Notes under the pieces: generated by a model
What the model was told of the DNA's origin: nothing
The model's input: the letters and a program-made list of their open reading frames with translations, nothing else
The model's database searches: none
Shown here: piece after piece, positions 61,916 to 64,000 of the stretch
How positions within the stretch are numbered: position 1 is the first letter of the stretch
Layout: each line of letters begins with the position of its first letter
Translations under genes and position numbers: made by a program
Source: Chlorobiota bacterium
GTDB taxonomy: Bacteria; Bacteroidota; Ignavibacteria; OLB7
Reading direction: 5' to 3'
NCBI GenBank assembly: GCA_021296135.1
Contig: JAGWAZ010000003.1
Span: 2,596 to 66,595, forward strand
Length of the DNA: 64,000 nt

Positions 61916-61988
61916 TGGGCCCGGAGGGATTTGAACCCCCAACCAACGGATTATGAGTCCGTTGCTCTAACCGTTGAGCTACAGGCCC
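61916..61988 (-). tRNA. tRNA with CAT anticodon (elongator Met or Ile2/lysidine type)
   Basis: Hand-folded cloverleaf: GGGCCTG acceptor, anticodon loop CTCATAA, T-loop GGTTCAAATCC. No initiator features (no 3 G-C run in the anticodon stem). Confidence 0.75.
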
Positions 61989-62057
61989 GAATATCTTAAA
62001 GCAAGAATCTATCAATATACGAACCGATGACTTATCTATCCCAGCAACGGGGGGGTA

Positions 62058-62624
62058 TTAACCCGTTTCATCTTTGCTGCGGAAGTATTTGAAACGAGCT
62101 TTATTTCCCACAAAAAGGACGAATCCTCCCAAAATCATCCCAACCACAGCGCCACCTAAAACATCGGATGGATAGTGAACTCCCACGTAGACTCGTGAAA
62201 AACTAATGGAAATTGCCATTAGCAGCCAAATCCATCCCCATCGACGAAAAAACCATGCGAAGACGATAAGTCCCGCAAAATTATTGACCGCATGCGATGA
62301 TGGAAAAGACTTTCCTCCTCCACAGTTGACCAAAAGGTTGACATCCTTCAGTTCTCGGCAAGGCCTCTCCCTTCCTGCTTCTTCCTTGAGCAATCGGCTG
62401 TTGACCGGATCTGAAATTGCGACAGCTATCACCAGGAAGAGAGCGCACCACCTTCCCCGACTTCCACCTTTCCATAGCAGGACTATGAATAAAAGGGCAT
62501 ACAGGGGATAGTAGTGTTTGACAGTGGTAATCGCAGGCATAACCATATCAAACAGTCCGTTCGATAACGTATGGTTAATGAAATAGAAGAGTGAAACATC
62601 AACATGATAGAGGAATTCAATCAT
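62058..62624 (-). CDS. PAP2-family lipid phosphatase (PgpB/undecaprenyl-diphosphatase-like)
   Basis: KxxxxxxRP, PSSH and SRxxxxxHxxxD PAP2 motifs. Membrane protein of 188 aa. Confidence 0.75.
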   Translation of the reverse strand: MIEFLYHVDVSLFYFINHTLSNGLFDMVMPAITTVKHYYPLYALLFIVLLWKGGSRGRWCALFLVIAVAISDPVNSRLLKEEAGRERPCRELKDVNLLVNCGGGKSFPSSHAVNNFAGLIVFAWFFRRWGWIWLLMAISISFSRVYVGVHYPSDVLGGAVVGMILGGFVLFVGNKARFKYFRSKDETG

Positions 62625-62649
62625 CAGGTCAGGAGTTAGCTCGATGAGT

Positions 62650-63816
62650 TCACACTACTTTTGGACAACGTATTGAGCCAAGAAGGCGTTTTCCACTGGC
62701 TCCGGTCACGCTCGGAACATTATTATGAACGCCGTGTAACGTTGCCCACGCAAGCAACGCAAAACCGATGGCTTCCTTTGCATCTCCGGGAAGTCCCAAA
62801 GAATCACTTGTAATGATAGACGTTTCAGGCGCAAGCTCAACCAATGCTTGCATCAGAGTACTATTCTTTGCACCGCCACCACTTACAACGATTTCATCTA
62901 TCTCCCGGCATGGAACAATAAACCGTTCGAGAGCTTCAATTATTGACCGAGCAGTAACTTGTGTAAGTGTTCTGATGACAGTTGCGTCCTCTATCTCATC
63001 AGCTCGAGCTCTACGAGCAATTTCTCTCCCTCGCTCCTCTCCGAACAATTCGCGCCCCGTCGATTTTGGAGGAGGAGTTTGAAACCACGCGTCGCTGAGG
63101 ACTGAGAGCAGAAGCCTCTGATCCACACTTCCCTCAGACGCAAGCTTTCCTTCCTCATCGAAATCCAAACCCCGCAACTCCCGCATAGCTGCATCAATCA
63201 GAGCGTTACCAGGACCGGTATCAAACCCCACAAGATTCTCGATCGAAGTACCTGCAGGCAACCATGTAAGATTGGCAATGCCTCCGATGTTCAATGCAAT
63301 GCGGTTTCTGGAAGGGTGAGCTAACAACATGACATCACAAAAAGGGACGAGAGGCGCTCCCTCGCCTCCGGCGACGATATCGGCTGTTCGGAAGTCATCG
63401 ATAACAACCGTATGTAACTCCTCCGCAACAACCGCTGCAGAACCGATCTGCACGGTTACTCCATTTGGGGGATCATGATAGATCGTCTGTCCATGCAGCC
63501 CTACCACATCGATTGCCGCCATGCTAATCCCGGCTTCAATCGCACCGTTCTTAACTGCCGAGGCATAACGGTCGCCAAGAAGTTTGTCGAGATGAAAAAC
63601 ATCCCTACTCGGCAGAGTTCCATCATAGGCTTTCAGAAGTTGCTCCCGAAGCGCAGGATTGTAAGGAACGGAATGGAATGAGCGGAGACGATAATCAGGT
63701 TTGCCAGGCTCTCCGCTTATCTCCACAAACGCCACATCAATGCCATCCAAGGATGTGCCCGACATGATACCGGCAATCAGCAAACTCTCCTTCTCATGAA
63801 TATCCTTGGGCAACAT
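62650..63816 (-). CDS. anmK: Anhydro-N-acetylmuramic acid kinase
   Basis: GIMSGTSLDGIDVA N-terminal motif. 388 aa. Confidence 0.85.
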   Translation of the reverse strand: MLPKDIHEKESLLIAGIMSGTSLDGIDVAFVEISGEPGKPDYRLRSFHSVPYNPALREQLLKAYDGTLPSRDVFHLDKLLGDRYASAVKNGAIEAGISMAAIDVVGLHGQTIYHDPPNGVTVQIGSAAVVAEELHTVVIDDFRTADIVAGGEGAPLVPFCDVMLLAHPSRNRIALNIGGIANLTWLPAGTSIENLVGFDTGPGNALIDAAMRELRGLDFDEEGKLASEGSVDQRLLLSVLSDAWFQTPPPKSTGRELFGEERGREIARRARADEIEDATVIRTLTQVTARSIIEALERFIVPCREIDEIVVSGGGAKNSTLMQALVELAPETSIITSDSLGLPGDAKEAIGFALLAWATLHGVHNNVPSVTGASGKRLLGSIRCPKVV

Positions 63817-63822
63817 ACTCTG

Positions 63823-64000
63823 TTATCTCCGTAACCGTAATGAGTTTGAGACAACGCTTACCGAACTGAAGGCCATAGCTGCTCCGGCTATTATAGGATT
63901 CAGAAGCCCGAAAGCTGCCAAGGGGATACCTATGATATTGTAGATAAAAGCCCAGAACAAATTTTGTTTGATTATTCGCATGGAGCGAGCAGAAAGAGAT
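63823..64000 (-). CDS. C-terminal end of a second heavy-metal translocating P-type ATPase (CopA-like); the 5' part lies outside the window
   Basis: The reverse translation ...[52 protein letters not shown] matches the TM7-8 C-terminus of P1B ATPases. Confidence 0.7.
   Translation of the reverse strand, partial: SLSARSMRIIKQNLFWAFIYNIIGIPLAAFGLLNPIIAGAAMAFSSVSVVSNSLRLRR

Noticed and set aside
61773-62015. 80-aa minus-strand ORF
   Set aside because: Contains the tRNA-CAT gene (61916-61988). Not a protein.

Overview
This 64-kb chromosomal window resembles a Bacteroidota/Chlorobiota-group (FCB) bacterium. The basis is a fused LpxC-FabZ gene, a bamA-skp-skp-lpxD organisation, and moderate GC; this is inference. 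Most of the window is conserved housekeeping. At the left are a kdsA 3' end, kdsD, an LptC-like gene, tpiA, a standalone HAL-family ammonia-lyase, a 5'-truncated sigma-54 activator remnant, murI, a tetraheme cytochrome c, an atypical S1-domain protein and tRNA-Leu(UAA). A long outer-membrane/lipid A operon follows: uppS, bamA, skp, skp, lpxD, lpxC-fabZ, lpxA, lpxB, a DUF374-like gene, lpxK and a C26-type amidotransferase. On the minus strand are recN, overlapped by a RelA/SpoT-type HD small alarmone hydrolase, and an acyl-CoA synthetase. Next is a MeaB GTPase that overlaps a FAD-linked oxidase and is followed by a MOSC-domain gene, with no mutase nearby. sppA and a MoeZ-type ThiF-rhodanese gene sit between two almost gene-free patches of roughly 1 kb that carry a shared 25-45 bp repeat element. 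The left copy is expanded into three 21-bp iteron-like tandem units. pstCAB-phoU follows without pstS. A 12-gene minus-strand Wzx/Wzy-dependent polysaccharide locus (wecC, wecB, a multi-SLBB Wza-like exporter, an unknown secreted protein, Wzz, Wzy, Wzx, four glycosyltransferases, a WbaP-like priming transferase) accounts for most of the accessory content. The right end holds uvrA, a Zn/Cd P1B-ATPase with a CCxxE-type metal-binding motif plus a His-rich 6-TM transporter, a eukaryote-like myo-inositol-1-phosphate synthase, tRNA-CAT, a PAP2 phosphatase, anmK, and the 3' end of a second heavy-metal ATPase. No CRISPR array, transposase or integrase was found. The six-frame track shows several non-ATG starts (TTG/GTG) as M, so I adjusted a few starts. 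The observations I consider most worth follow-up are the repeat/iteron element pair around sppA-moeZ, a candidate antisense sRNA with a clean terminator upstream of pstC, the recN-SAH coupling and the MeaB-oxidase coupling.
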